Positions 19,883 through 29,178 are shown, numbered from the stretch's first letter. The stretch: 64,000 nucleotides of DNA from Verrucomicrobiia bacterium (GCA_035765895.1 DASTWL010000080.1:8597-72596); one strand, 5' to 3'. Notes: generated from the sequence alone by a model not told the origin. Numbers and translations are program-made.

Positions 19883-20295
19883 GCGCCGGGAATTGTGCGT
19901 GTCCTGCGGACGTGCCCTGGGCTAGGGTGAAGGCCGTGAAAGTTTCGTTTCTCCACGGTCCCCTCACGCCTGCGCGCGCGCGCACCTTCGCCCTGCTCAA
20001 TCAATTTGCCACGCCGGGCCTGGGCTCCCTGCTCGGACGGCGCTGGGTGTCGGGCGGCGGCCAACTGTTGCTCGCCGTGGCGGGGTTTCTGTTGTTCTGC
20101 GCGTGGTTCGTCAACGTGCTCCAGCAATACTACGGCCTGATCGACAGTGATCGACCGGTGCATTTGCATCCCGGCTGGGCGGCGGCGGGCGTGGGTGTTT
20201 TTGCGCTGGCGTGGTTGTGGGCGCTGGTCACCAGCATCAGTTTGCTGCGCGAAGGGCGGCGCAACGAGCGGGAAGGCCGGCTGCCGCCGCTTTGA
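19879..20295 (+). CDS. Small 2-TM membrane protein with no GYF module, closing the GYF array
   Basis: The GTG start overlaps the stop of the preceding gene by 4 nt. There are two clear hydrophobic helices (LLLAVAGFLLFCAWFVNVL; AAAGVGVFALAWLWALVTSISLL). The start is uncertain. Confidence 0.5.
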   Translation: MSAGNCACPADVPWARVKAVKVSFLHGPLTPARARTFALLNQFATPGLGSLLGRRWVSGGGQLLLAVAGFLLFCAWFVNVLQQYYGLIDSDRPVHLHPGWAAAGVGVFALAWLWALVTSISLLREGRRNEREGRLPPL

Positions 20296-20336
20296 CGCCG
20301 CTTGCAACCCGGCACGTCCCGCCGCACTTTGTGGTC

Positions 20337-20615
20337 ATGGCCAAGCTGACCACCGCCCAAATCAAGGCCGCTCTGGCGTCGCTGCCGGAGTGGAAAAAAC
20401 AGGGTTCTCTGATTGCGCGCACCTTCGTCTTCAAGGACTTTCCGGCGGCGTTGCGGTTTGTGAACAAGGTGGCCGTGGCCGCCGAAAAGGCCTGGCACCA
20501 TCCCGACATCGACATTCGCTGGAACCGCGTCACGCTGGCGCTGACCACGCACGACGAAGGCGGACTGACCGCCAAGGATTTCCAGCTCGCCCAAAAGTTC
20601 AACCGGCTGGCGTAA
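20337..20615 (+). CDS. phhB: Pterin-4-alpha-carbinolamine dehydratase
   Basis: LPEWKKQG...FKDFPAALRFVNKVAVAAEKAWHHPDIDIRWNRVTLALTTHDEGGLTAKD matches the PCD/DCoH signature. Start at ATG 20337. Confidence 0.85.
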   Translation: MAKLTTAQIKAALASLPEWKKQGSLIARTFVFKDFPAALRFVNKVAVAAEKAWHHPDIDIRWNRVTLALTTHDEGGLTAKDFQLAQKFNRLA

Positions 20616-20676
20616 GGTCGGTCAGAACCCGTTGCGCGTCCTGCGGCCAGATATTTTTCGCTTCGTCCATTGTTTC

Positions 20677-21876
20677 ATGCCAGCCCTCGCCGACCACGCG
20701 GTTCAAGCGCTGTTCAAGCAGCATTTCGGATTTCGCCCGGCGCACGTGGCCCGGGCGCCGGCCAAGGTGGAACTGCTCGGCAGCCACGTGGAAGCCTGTG
20801 AAGGATTGGTGCTGACCGCGGCAGTGGATCGTTACGCGTTTGTGGCGGTGTCGCCGCGCACGGATGGCCGCATCGAACTGGTTCACGCTGATCGCGCCCC
20901 GGAGCGGTTCTGGATCACGGAACTGCGCGCCCAGCCCGCGGCGCCGTGGGCGGACGCCTTCAAAGCCATGCTGCGGGAATTGCGCCAGCGCAAGGTTCAC
21001 TTCAGCGGCTTCAACGTGGCCGTTCACAGCGACATTCCGGCCGGACTCGGCCTGGGCGAGGAGGCGGCCGGCGTGGTGGCGGCCCTGCTGGCGGTGCGCA
21101 AATTGTTTCCGTTCGGGCTCGGCGACAGCGGGGCAACGCTGCCGCCCCGGCGCAACGACCGGGGGGAACTGCCGCCTCTGCCGGCCCTGGAACGGATGCA
21201 CTTCGCCCGAGTGGTGCAGGCGGCCCTGGCTTCTCTGGGAACGGACCGCGGGGGGTTTGTGGATGCGGCCACGTCCCTCGCGGGCAAGCAGTGGAATGTG
21301 CTGAACCTCGACTGCCGGTTTCGTTCCATCGAGCCGTCGCCGTTTGTGGGCACGGCCGTGATCGTATGCGACTCGGGTGTGCGGATGGCGCCGGACCCGT
21401 TCGCCGTCGAAATTCAAGTCCACGGGCGCGGCGCGGCCGACAAACTGCGCGCGAAAACCCTGCGCTCCGTGGAACCCAAACTCCTGCGCGCCGCCCGCCC
21501 GCAATTGACCGAACGCGAGTTTGCCTGCGCCAGCCACATCACGGGCGAAATTCAGCGCGTGGCGGCGGCGGAACGCGCCGTGCGCGAGGAGGATCACCGG
21601 CAGTTGGGCAACTACCTGTCGTTGAGCCACGAAAGCCTGCGTGACACGTTGCAGGCGAGCGGGCCGGAACTGGATGCGCTCGTTGCGCTGGCTCGGGCGC
21701 ACGCCGGCTGCTTCGGCGCGCGGGCCATGGGGCTGGGGCTGGGCGGTGCGACGGTCAATCTGGTGGCCTACCATGCGGCGGAGCCGTTCATGACCTACCT
21801 GGCCAAGGCCTACGAAGCCAGAACGGGCCGCCGAACCCACCCCGTCGTCTGCCAGATCGTGGACGGTGCGGCGTGA
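20677..21876 (+). CDS. Galactokinase-like GHMP-family protein with divergent active-site motifs
   Basis: Overall GalK-like layout: APAKVELLGSHVEACEGLVLTAAVD; IPAGLGLGEEAAGVVAALLAV; GARAMGLGLGGATVNLV. Confidence 0.65.
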   Translation: MPALADHAVQALFKQHFGFRPAHVARAPAKVELLGSHVEACEGLVLTAAVDRYAFVAVSPRTDGRIELVHADRAPERFWITELRAQPAAPWADAFKAMLRELRQRKVHFSGFNVAVHSDIPAGLGLGEEAAGVVAALLAVRKLFPFGLGDSGATLPPRRNDRGELPPLPALERMHFARVVQAALASLGTDRGGFVDAATSLAGKQWNVLNLDCRFRSIEPSPFVGTAVIVCDSGVRMAPDPFAVEIQVHGRGAADKLRAKTLRSVEPKLLRAARPQLTEREFACASHITGEIQRVAAAERAVREEDHRQLGNYLSLSHESLRDTLQASGPELDALVALARAHAGCFGARAMGLGLGGATVNLVAYHAAEPFMTYLAKAYEARTGRRTHPVVCQIVDGAA

Positions 21877-21953
21877 GCAGGCGGTAAAATTTTCATTGAA
21901 TCAGGCGATTGACGCGCAAAGATGCGGCAAACGCACGAACGCTGCCTCCCATC

Positions 21954-22505
21954 ATGAACACCCTGCCGCCTTCGATTAAACCCGTTGCCCCTCCGCCCAC
22001 GTCGCAACGCTGCGGGCTTGCCGTATGGAGTCTGGTGCTGGGAATTGCCGCGCTGGTGCTCAGCGTGGTGTGCGTGGGGCCGTTGCTCGCCATTCCGGCG
22101 GTGATTTGCGGGCACAAAGCCCTCGGACGCATCAAACGCTCCGGCGGCGTGCTGGCCGGTGAAGGGCTCGCGACGGGTGGCCTCATCACGGGTTACATCG
22201 GCATTGCGCTGATACCGATCATGCTGCTGCTTTCGGCGATTGCGGTGCCGAATTTCATTCGCGCCCGCAACATTGAGCAACGCAACCGGTGCATCAACAA
22301 CCTGCGGCAGATCGATGCCGCGAAGCAGGAATGGGCGCTGGAGCGCGAAAAGCAGCAGGACGCCGTGCCCACGTGGAATGAGTTGTCGCCCTTCTTGAAA
22401 ACGAATTACCAGGCCCTGGTCTGTCCCAAGGGCGGCACCTACACCATCGGAGCGGTGCAGGATTTGCCCACGTGCTCCGTGCCCGGGCACACCTTGCCGG
22501 AGTGA
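21954..22505 (+). CDS. DUF4190-like membrane anchor fused to a pseudopilin-like globular domain
   Basis: Two TM helices with GHKALGRIKRSGGVLAGEG (DUF4190-like). They are followed by IMLLLSAIAVPNFIRARNIEQRNRCINNLRQIDAAKQEW, which resembles the C-terminal half of a type IV pilin N-terminal helix plus head. Confidence 0.65.
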   Translation: MNTLPPSIKPVAPPPTSQRCGLAVWSLVLGIAALVLSVVCVGPLLAIPAVICGHKALGRIKRSGGVLAGEGLATGGLITGYIGIALIPIMLLLSAIAVPNFIRARNIEQRNRCINNLRQIDAAKQEWALEREKQQDAVPTWNELSPFLKTNYQALVCPKGGTYTIGAVQDLPTCSVPGHTLPE

Positions 22506-22523
22506 ACGGGAATTGAGGCCGTG

Positions 22524-24092
22524 TCAACCCAGAGTCTTTTGTTCCTCGGTCGAGGCCGCCTCGGAGCGGGGAATCTCCGGTTCGCGCCCGGCTTCCTGCA
22601 CCTGGATGTATTTCCGCAGGAGGAAGGTTCCCACCGGCGTGGTCAGCGCCATGCAACCGATGATGAACCACATCATTTCCGGATGACGCGGGCCGGTTTC
22701 CGGACAGTATTCCGTCAACAGCCATCCCGACGTGCCGCCCACGAAGAATTTGGCCAGGAAATACGGCAGCATCGAGAGCGCCATGTAGGAGGCCTCCTGG
22801 CCTTTCGGCGCGATGGCCGCGGAATATTCGTAGAGCCGCGGTGACCAGATGGCCTCGCCCACCGACAGCAGCGCGACAAAGAGAAAAATCGTGATGTAAA
22901 GCGGGTTCACCGGACCGGTCACGCCCAGCCAGCGGTGGCCGATCCAATCCCCCAGCCAGCCGTCCGCCAGCGGCTTGAACCACGCGGGCGGCAGCGCGAT
23001 GAAAAACACCGACAGCGCCGAGATCAGGCTGCCCACGGTCACCATGCGGTAGGCGGAAACCCGTGCCGTGAGCACGCCGCACACCGGCACCAGCGCGAGA
23101 ATCAACAGTTCGTTCAGGACGCCACTCAGCCGGCCTACCGGTGCGCCTTCGCCCAGTTCGCGGATGCCGTATTTGGGAAACGTGTAGAACAAATGGTAGT
23201 AAATCATCCGCACGCCGACCACGAGCGTCATGAAGATCAGGAAACGGTAAAACGACTTTTGCCGCCACAGGCCCGCGAAGATTTCAAGCGTTTTAGCGGT
23301 CGTCTCGCGGCAGGTCGTCACCAGGGCGGTCAGCATGTTTTGGCCGGCGGCGGCGGGCGCCCGCGGAGTGATGCGCACGCCCGTTTCCGTCATCTCCACG
23401 CCGTCGCGCAGGCAGAACCACACCAGCACCATGCCCGGCGCCGTGAACACCGCGCCAATCAGAATGAGCACCCGATACGTGCTCAGTTCCGTGCCCAGCC
23501 AGGGGAGCACCCAGGAGCCGTGTTCGCCCAGTCCGCCCGCGCTGCGCAGGTAGTCGAACAGCCAGTCGCCGACGGCATAGCCGAGGTTCATCAGGGCGTA
23601 ATACAGCGCGAATGCCAGCGAACGCTGCGCGGCGTTGGAGTATTTCTTCACGCCGGCGATCATCACGGGCACCATCAAGGCGATGCCCAGCGCCTGCAAA
23701 TACAGGCCAAGCGGCAGCACGATCCATTTGTCCACGGTGAGCGCCATGATCGTGCGGGACGCGAGGCAGACCGCGAAGCCGAGCAGAAACGTGCGCCGCA
23801 CCCCGAGCGCGTCCGTCAGCGAACCGATCATCACGGTGATCAGCGTCATCAGCGCCGACCACGAGGCAATCATGGTCCCGGCTTTGACATCCGTGAAGCC
23901 CAGGTCCGAAGACAGCCACAACGTCAGCACGGAGGCGGCGCCGACCTTGTAGGCGAGATTTTCCAGGATGTAGGCGATGTAGATGATCCACAGCTCGCGC
24001 GGAGCACTGCCCAGGCAGGTGAACTTCGCCACGAACTGGCGGAACCGCGATGGCGTGGGAGGCTGGCTCATGTCGCTCACAATCTGGCGCAC
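22524..24092 (-). CDS. MFS-type transporter
   Basis: Hydrophobic protein of about 12 TM helices with MFS-like organisation (GSLTDALGVRRTFLLG loop between TM2 and TM3). An alternative start is at 24071. Confidence 0.7.
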   Translation of the reverse strand: MRQIVSDMSQPPTPSRFRQFVAKFTCLGSAPRELWIIYIAYILENLAYKVGAASVLTLWLSSDLGFTDVKAGTMIASWSALMTLITVMIGSLTDALGVRRTFLLGFAVCLASRTIMALTVDKWIVLPLGLYLQALGIALMVPVMIAGVKKYSNAAQRSLAFALYYALMNLGYAVGDWLFDYLRSAGGLGEHGSWVLPWLGTELSTYRVLILIGAVFTAPGMVLVWFCLRDGVEMTETGVRITPRAPAAAGQNMLTALVTTCRETTAKTLEIFAGLWRQKSFYRFLIFMTLVVGVRMIYYHLFYTFPKYGIRELGEGAPVGRLSGVLNELLILALVPVCGVLTARVSAYRMVTVGSLISALSVFFIALPPAWFKPLADGWLGDWIGHRWLGVTGPVNPLYITIFLFVALLSVGEAIWSPRLYEYSAAIAPKGQEASYMALSMLPYFLAKFFVGGTSGWLLTEYCPETGPRHPEMMWFIIGCMALTTPVGTFLLRKYIQVQEAGREPEIPRSEAASTEEQKTLG

Positions 24093-24219
24093 AGTAAAGA
24101 GCGTCCGCGCCGATGAACAGGGCGAAGTGCGGGAAATCCCGTTTGTCCGCCGGACCGGCAGTTTTTCACCTTTACAAAAAACCCGTTCGGCCGAACGTGA
24201 AAGCGAATCCCATCACGCC

Positions 24220-24738
24220 ATGAAAACACATCTGCTATGGTTGTCGTTGTCCCTGGTGCTGCTGCTGCCTGCCGCCCGCGCGGAGGAAAAGCAACTCTGG
24301 GCGAAATCCTTTCTCGGCAAACCGGCGCCCAAGTTCGTCGTCGAGAAGTGGCTGTCCACCGAGCCGGACCGGCAGGGCAAATATGTGTTGATTGATTTCT
24401 GGGCCACCTGGTGCGGACCGTGCCGGCGCGCGATTCCCGAGCTGAACCAATTCCACAAAAAGTTTGGCGACAAGCTGGTGGTCATTGGCGTTTCCGACGA
24501 GCCGGAGGAAAAGGTGAAGGCGATGAAGGATCCCAAGATCGAGTATTTCAGCGCCATCGACCCGCAGCAGCGCATGAAGAAGGAACTCCAGGTGACGGGC
24601 ATTCCGCACGTCATCCTCATCGATCCGCAGGGCATCGTCCGGTGGGAAGGATTTCCGTTGCTGCAAGGGCACGAACTTACTGAAAAAGTCATCGCCGACA
24701 TTCTGGCGGTCAAACCCGCGCCGGCGCCCGCCAAATAG
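24220..24738 (+). CDS. TlpA-like periplasmic thiol:disulfide oxidoreductase
   Basis: Signal peptide MKTHLLWLSLSLVLLLPAARA and a thioredoxin motif FWATWCGPCRRAIPEL. Start at ATG 24220 within the longer track ORF. Confidence 0.85.
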   Translation: MKTHLLWLSLSLVLLLPAARAEEKQLWAKSFLGKPAPKFVVEKWLSTEPDRQGKYVLIDFWATWCGPCRRAIPELNQFHKKFGDKLVVIGVSDEPEEKVKAMKDPKIEYFSAIDPQQRMKKELQVTGIPHVILIDPQGIVRWEGFPLLQGHELTEKVIADILAVKPAPAPAK

Positions 24739-24747
24739 CCGGCGCAT

Positions 24748-26301
24748 CTATTGCCCCCGCACGCGAAAGAAGGCGCGGGCAGCATCCAATGGCAGGCTCA
24801 CGTCGGGCACATTGGAAGTCATCCACGGCGCCCACGCAGCGGGTGACAGGCTGGGGCTGCGCTCCACCACGAAGGGCGCCGTGCCGCCGGTCCACGTGAG
24901 TTCCAGTTGGCTGCCCGCGGGTTGCAGCTCCAGCGCAATGGCCGGGGCGACGGTAATGACGACGGCATCGCGGGCCACGGCATGCACACCATCGTCAGCG
25001 CTCAACAGCAGGGTGTATTGGCCCGGCCCGCCAAATGTCACCGTGGTGTTGGTTTGTTGTGCATCGCCGAACGTGGCGGTTCCCGGGCCGGCGTAGAGCG
25101 TCCATTGCACGGTGGGTGCGAGGTTGCTGAAAGTCACCGTGCCGGCGAGTGTCGCGGTTAGTCCGGCGACCACCGTTTGGTCCACTCCGGCGTTGGCCGT
25201 CGGCGCGCCGGGCGAGCGCGGTCCTTCGGTGGGGCCGGTGGTCTGCACCACTTCAAAATTGGTGATGCCGAGGGTGCTCAGGTGATCGAAACATCCGGCG
25301 GGCCAGCGGTCGTCGGGGGTGACGGAGATGGAGAAGAAGTTTCCGTTGTCGGCCACCAGCGCGCCGTATTTTTTCAAACCGAGCAGCACGGCCTTCTCCT
25401 CCAGAGTCCAAGCTGGGTTGATGACAAAGGAGGATTTCAATCGCAGCCGCTGGCCCATCATCGGCAGGTTGGCGCTCGTGTTGGTGCCGGGCGCAGCGTA
25501 ATGCGTGGCCGGGTAGAGGTTCGTGCCGTAACGAGTGCGTTTCACCACCAGCCGCATCGCGTGCTCCACCATGCCGCGCTCGCATTCGTCGAAGCGCACC
25601 AGCGCCGGAAACATCGGCAGCCCCGCGGCGTCGCCGGAAGTCCAGCCCGGCGGGCGCAGGGCGTTGGTGTTCAAGTTGAACATGGCCCCGTTGGCCGCCG
25701 ACCAGTTGGTGCCGGTGCGCGCGGTGCGCCACGTTTCAAACAGGCGGCCCGTGCCCGGCTGCACCATGATGGCGTGCCGGTCGCTGCCATCGTCATTTTG
25801 CTGCCATTGGTCGAGCGTTTGACCGCCGGTTTCCGAGGGCCAGGTCTCAATGGGCAGGTTGTCCGGAACCGGATACTGCCCCACGGGAAACGTGCCGCCA
25901 TTGAGGTCGGATTCATCCGGGTAATCCAGAAAATCGACGGGCCGCAGCGGCTGGTCGTCCGGCACCAGCACGAAATTCATTTCCTTGAACAGGCGCAGCG
26001 TCTGGCGGCTGGCGGCGAGATCGTTGGTGATTTGCGCGATCATGGCGGCCGAATTGGCCAGCAACGGCCGGCGCGAGATGTCCTCGTTCCATGGATTGGT
26101 GAGCGGCAGGATTTGCAGGGCCGACACCACCGCGTCGGCGTTGGTGGTGTTGAACAGATGCACGTCGGTCACCACGGGCACCGGCCCGAGGATGCGCCCT
26201 TCCTGGTTGATGCGCTCCGCGTGACTCGTCAGGGCGAAGCTGAGGCCGACCGCGAGAAGCCAAAAATTTCGCCGGCACGGAAGAGGCAGCGTGTTTTGCA
26301 C
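24748..26301 (-). CDS. Secreted hypothetical protein with a PKD/Ig-like region and C-terminal FFRVR module
   Basis: Signal peptide (FWLLAVGLSFALTSHA). A PKD-like segment reads ANAGVDQTVVAGLTATLAGTV...YTLLLSADDG. The C-terminus is LELTWTGGTAPFVVERSPSLSPAAWAPW...ARAFFRVRGQ. Confidence 0.7.
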   Translation of the reverse strand: MQNTLPLPCRRNFWLLAVGLSFALTSHAERINQEGRILGPVPVVTDVHLFNTTNADAVVSALQILPLTNPWNEDISRRPLLANSAAMIAQITNDLAASRQTLRLFKEMNFVLVPDDQPLRPVDFLDYPDESDLNGGTFPVGQYPVPDNLPIETWPSETGGQTLDQWQQNDDGSDRHAIMVQPGTGRLFETWRTARTGTNWSAANGAMFNLNTNALRPPGWTSGDAAGLPMFPALVRFDECERGMVEHAMRLVVKRTRYGTNLYPATHYAAPGTNTSANLPMMGQRLRLKSSFVINPAWTLEEKAVLLGLKKYGALVADNGNFFSISVTPDDRWPAGCFDHLSTLGITNFEVVQTTGPTEGPRSPGAPTANAGVDQTVVAGLTATLAGTVTFSNLAPTVQWTLYAGPGTATFGDAQQTNTTVTFGGPGQYTLLLSADDGVHAVARDAVVITVAPAIALELQPAGSQLELTWTGGTAPFVVERSPSLSPAAWAPWMTSNVPDVSLPLDAARAFFRVRGQ

Positions 26302-26378
26302 AAAACCAAATGAGCAAGACCAACGCCAGCCGCGCTTGCCGGGGCATTGTTCTTCCCTACATTGCCGGTGGGCCGTTC

Positions 26379-28568
26379 ATGAGCACCGCGCGTCTTACCA
26401 CTGGATTCCATCGCCTGTTCGAGCATTCCGTGCTGAAGACGGACGTAGCCCGGGCGTTGCGCAGTTCGGTGGCGTTCGTCGGGGCGTGGATGGTTTGCCT
26501 CGTAACGGGACATGCCAGCGTGGCGCCCTTCATGGCCACGGCGGCACAGAACATCGCCCTGGCCGATGTGCGGGGCGATTATCATGCGCGTTTCGCCATT
26601 CTGCTGCTGATGACACTGGTGATGGCCGCGTATGCCTGGACGGGCACGCTCGTGGGCGCCAACCCGGTCAGCGCGATTCTCATGATGGGCGCGGTCGGTT
26701 TGATGGGCGGCGTCTGGCGGCATCTCAGCGGTGATTACGGGCCCAGCCTGGCCATCGTGTCGGCGTTGCTGTTTCTCATCGCGCTCTCGCAGCCGGGCAA
26801 CTGGCAGACTGGCGCCGCGCTCGCGGGCTGGATTGCCTTGGGCGGCGCGGGGGCCATCGTCTTGCAGGTGGCGGCGTGGTTTTTCCGTCCCCAACACGCC
26901 CTGCGCCATGCCGTCGCCGAAAGCTGGGTGGCCGCTTCCGACTTGATCACCGCGTTGCGCACGGAGACGAACGAGGGCGAACAATGCCAGGCCAGTTCAA
27001 CCAGCCAGGAAAACGCGCTGCGCGCCACGCTGGACCGGACCAGCCAGGTGCTTGAAGCGGCCGTCGGCCGGAAACCTTCGCCATTTCTCACCCACCTGGA
27101 CAGCACCCATCACCTGGCAGCGCGGCTGGCCACTCGCGTGGCCGCGTTCAGCACGGCGTGGGAGCCGTTGCGGTCGCGTCCGGAGTTTGCCGGCGTCGGC
27201 CCCACGATTGATTCCGTGTTGCGGGCGCTCGCCAATGCGGCGCGCTCGGTGGCGCTGACCCTGATCACGCACCGCGCCGAGCAGTTCGTCTCTTTGCAAG
27301 TCCGGCTCCGACGGTGTGAACACTTGATTCGGGTGCTGGATGAACGCTGGTCGCAGGCGCCGGTGGCGGATTCCGATCTGACGCAGGCGCGGCAGGCGTT
27401 GGCGCAGGTCGCGGAAATGTTGCCCGTCATCCGGCAAACCCTGGCGGAAACCGCGGATCACACCGGCCCGGGAAACAGTTTTCCGCTGCGGCTGCCCGAG
27501 CTGGGCGGATTCTCGATGCGCGCGCTGGGTTCGTGGTTGAACCGCGCGCCGCAGCTTGACCCCGCGCTCGTGCGTTACGCGGCGCGCATGAGCGTGGTCA
27601 CGATGCTGGCCGTGGCCATTTATGAATGGACGCGGGTGCCGCACGGCTACTGGATTGCCTTCACGGCGTTGGTGGTGTTGCAGCCCGATTACGGTTCAAC
27701 GCGGCAGAAGGCGGCCCAGCGCATCGTCGGAACCATCGCGGGCAGCCTGCTGGGCAGCGCGTTGTTGTGGGTCAAACTGCCCTTGGGAGTAATGCTGGCC
27801 TTCGCCGGTTTGATGGCCTTTTGCTTCGGCTATTTTCTGCGGCGCCGTTACGGGCTGGCGGTGTTCTTCGTCACGCTGATGCTGGTGCTCATCACCGAAG
27901 CCGTGGTGCCGGTGCGCCTGGATTTCACCGCGAGCCGGCTGTTGTCCAACGTGGCGGGCGGCGGCATGGCCCTGCTGGCGGCGCTGTTTTTCTGGCCGCG
28001 CTGGGAGCGAGCGCAATTCCCGCCCATCATGGCCGGCGCCGTGCGGGCGAATCACGCCTATCTCGCCGCGCTCGGCCGGCGGCTGCAATCAGGGGAACCT
28101 TTCACAGGGGACGCCGTTCACAAGAAGCGCCAGGCGGAGCGGGCGAACAGTCTGGCGGCCGCTTCCCTGCAGCGGCTGCTTGGCGAACCTGCGGCGCGCC
28201 GGGAGAACGTGGACTGCGCCGCCGCCCTGGCCGCCTACAATCAGCGGATTACCCGGGCACTGACCGTGCTCGCGCTTCAGCTCAACCAACGCCAGCGACT
28301 AGCCGGACCGGAACTGCCCGCCATCGTGCGAATCGTCAGCGAAGCCTTGGAGCGGCTGGCCCGGCTGATTGAGGCGGGCTCCCCGGCGGACGCCATCGAA
28401 GCCCGCGCCGGCACGGTGCAGGCCGTGGATGCGTGCTGGCCGAATGCCCCAGGCCCCGGACCGGCCCCGTCCGCCGGGCTCGCTTTCAATCAGTTGGTCA
28501 AAGTGGCCACCGAAATTGACGCCATGAGCCTGGCCTTGAAGACGAACTCCGTGACAGCGGCCGCTTGA
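26379..28568 (+). CDS. FUSC/YccS-family membrane protein (aromatic-acid exporter-like)
   Basis: Two multi-TM blocks are separated by a long helical region. The second block carries LQPDYGSTRQKAAQRIVGTIAGSLLG, typical of the FUSC family. The start could be 26310. Confidence 0.7.
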   Translation: MSTARLTTGFHRLFEHSVLKTDVARALRSSVAFVGAWMVCLVTGHASVAPFMATAAQNIALADVRGDYHARFAILLLMTLVMAAYAWTGTLVGANPVSAILMMGAVGLMGGVWRHLSGDYGPSLAIVSALLFLIALSQPGNWQTGAALAGWIALGGAGAIVLQVAAWFFRPQHALRHAVAESWVAASDLITALRTETNEGEQCQASSTSQENALRATLDRTSQVLEAAVGRKPSPFLTHLDSTHHLAARLATRVAAFSTAWEPLRSRPEFAGVGPTIDSVLRALANAARSVALTLITHRAEQFVSLQVRLRRCEHLIRVLDERWSQAPVADSDLTQARQALAQVAEMLPVIRQTLAETADHTGPGNSFPLRLPELGGFSMRALGSWLNRAPQLDPALVRYAARMSVVTMLAVAIYEWTRVPHGYWIAFTALVVLQPDYGSTRQKAAQRIVGTIAGSLLGSALLWVKLPLGVMLAFAGLMAFCFGYFLRRRYGLAVFFVTLMLVLITEAVVPVRLDFTASRLLSNVAGGGMALLAALFFWPRWERAQFPPIMAGAVRANHAYLAALGRRLQSGEPFTGDAVHKKRQAERANSLAAASLQRLLGEPAARRENVDCAAALAAYNQRITRALTVLALQLNQRQRLAGPELPAIVRIVSEALERLARLIEAGSPADAIEARAGTVQAVDACWPNAPGPGPAPSAGLAFNQLVKVATEIDAMSLALKTNSVTAAA

Positions 28569-28583
28569 GAGCGCCCGGGGGGA

Positions 28584-29150
28584 TCAGGGCGGCGAGGTGG
28601 CCTCCAGTTCGTTCAATCTCGGGCCAATGACGCGCCGGGCGTGCTTGAACGATTCGGAGAGCATGACGAAGAACACCACGACCGCGATCGCCGTGATCAA
28701 GGTGCTCCACCAGTGACGCGGCCGGAAGCGTTTCAGCGACGGCGCGTAGGCGAGGAGTCCGAGTGCGGCCGCCAGCACGCCGACGGCATCCCAGCTCGCA
28801 CGCTGCCAGTAACCGCCGCCCAGGCGCACCCACATCCCAAACTCGTCGAACGTCAGCCCGAGGCCCACGCCGTAAAACGCCGCGGCCACGGTCAATTCAC
28901 GTCCGTGCGGCCGCCGGAACAACAGGTAGCCGCCCAGCCCGGCCAGCAGGAAAATGCCGTAATTCAGATGGTGAATGTGCGTGCCGCCCAGATGCACATA
29001 GAGGTCGGGCAATTGCCGCGACATGATCAGAAACACCACGATGCGCGCGGCCACGAAGGTCAGCAGAAAGCTGAACAGGATGACGCGCGCCAGCCGGTTT
29101 TTCCGGTCGGCGCGCGGCTCTGTGGGTGGCGCTGCGGCGGGTTCGGCCAT
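28584..29150 (-). CDS. Integral membrane protein, function unknown
   Basis: 188-aa ORF with 5-6 hydrophobic helices (THIHHLNYGIFLLAGLGGYLLF...). Confidence 0.55.
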   Translation of the reverse strand: MAEPAAAPPTEPRADRKNRLARVILFSFLLTFVAARIVVFLIMSRQLPDLYVHLGGTHIHHLNYGIFLLAGLGGYLLFRRPHGRELTVAAAFYGVGLGLTFDEFGMWVRLGGGYWQRASWDAVGVLAAALGLLAYAPSLKRFRPRHWWSTLITAIAVVVFFVMLSESFKHARRVIGPRLNELEATSPP

Positions 29151-29178
29151 GGGAATGCGCGCGGTGCGGCGTGGGCGT

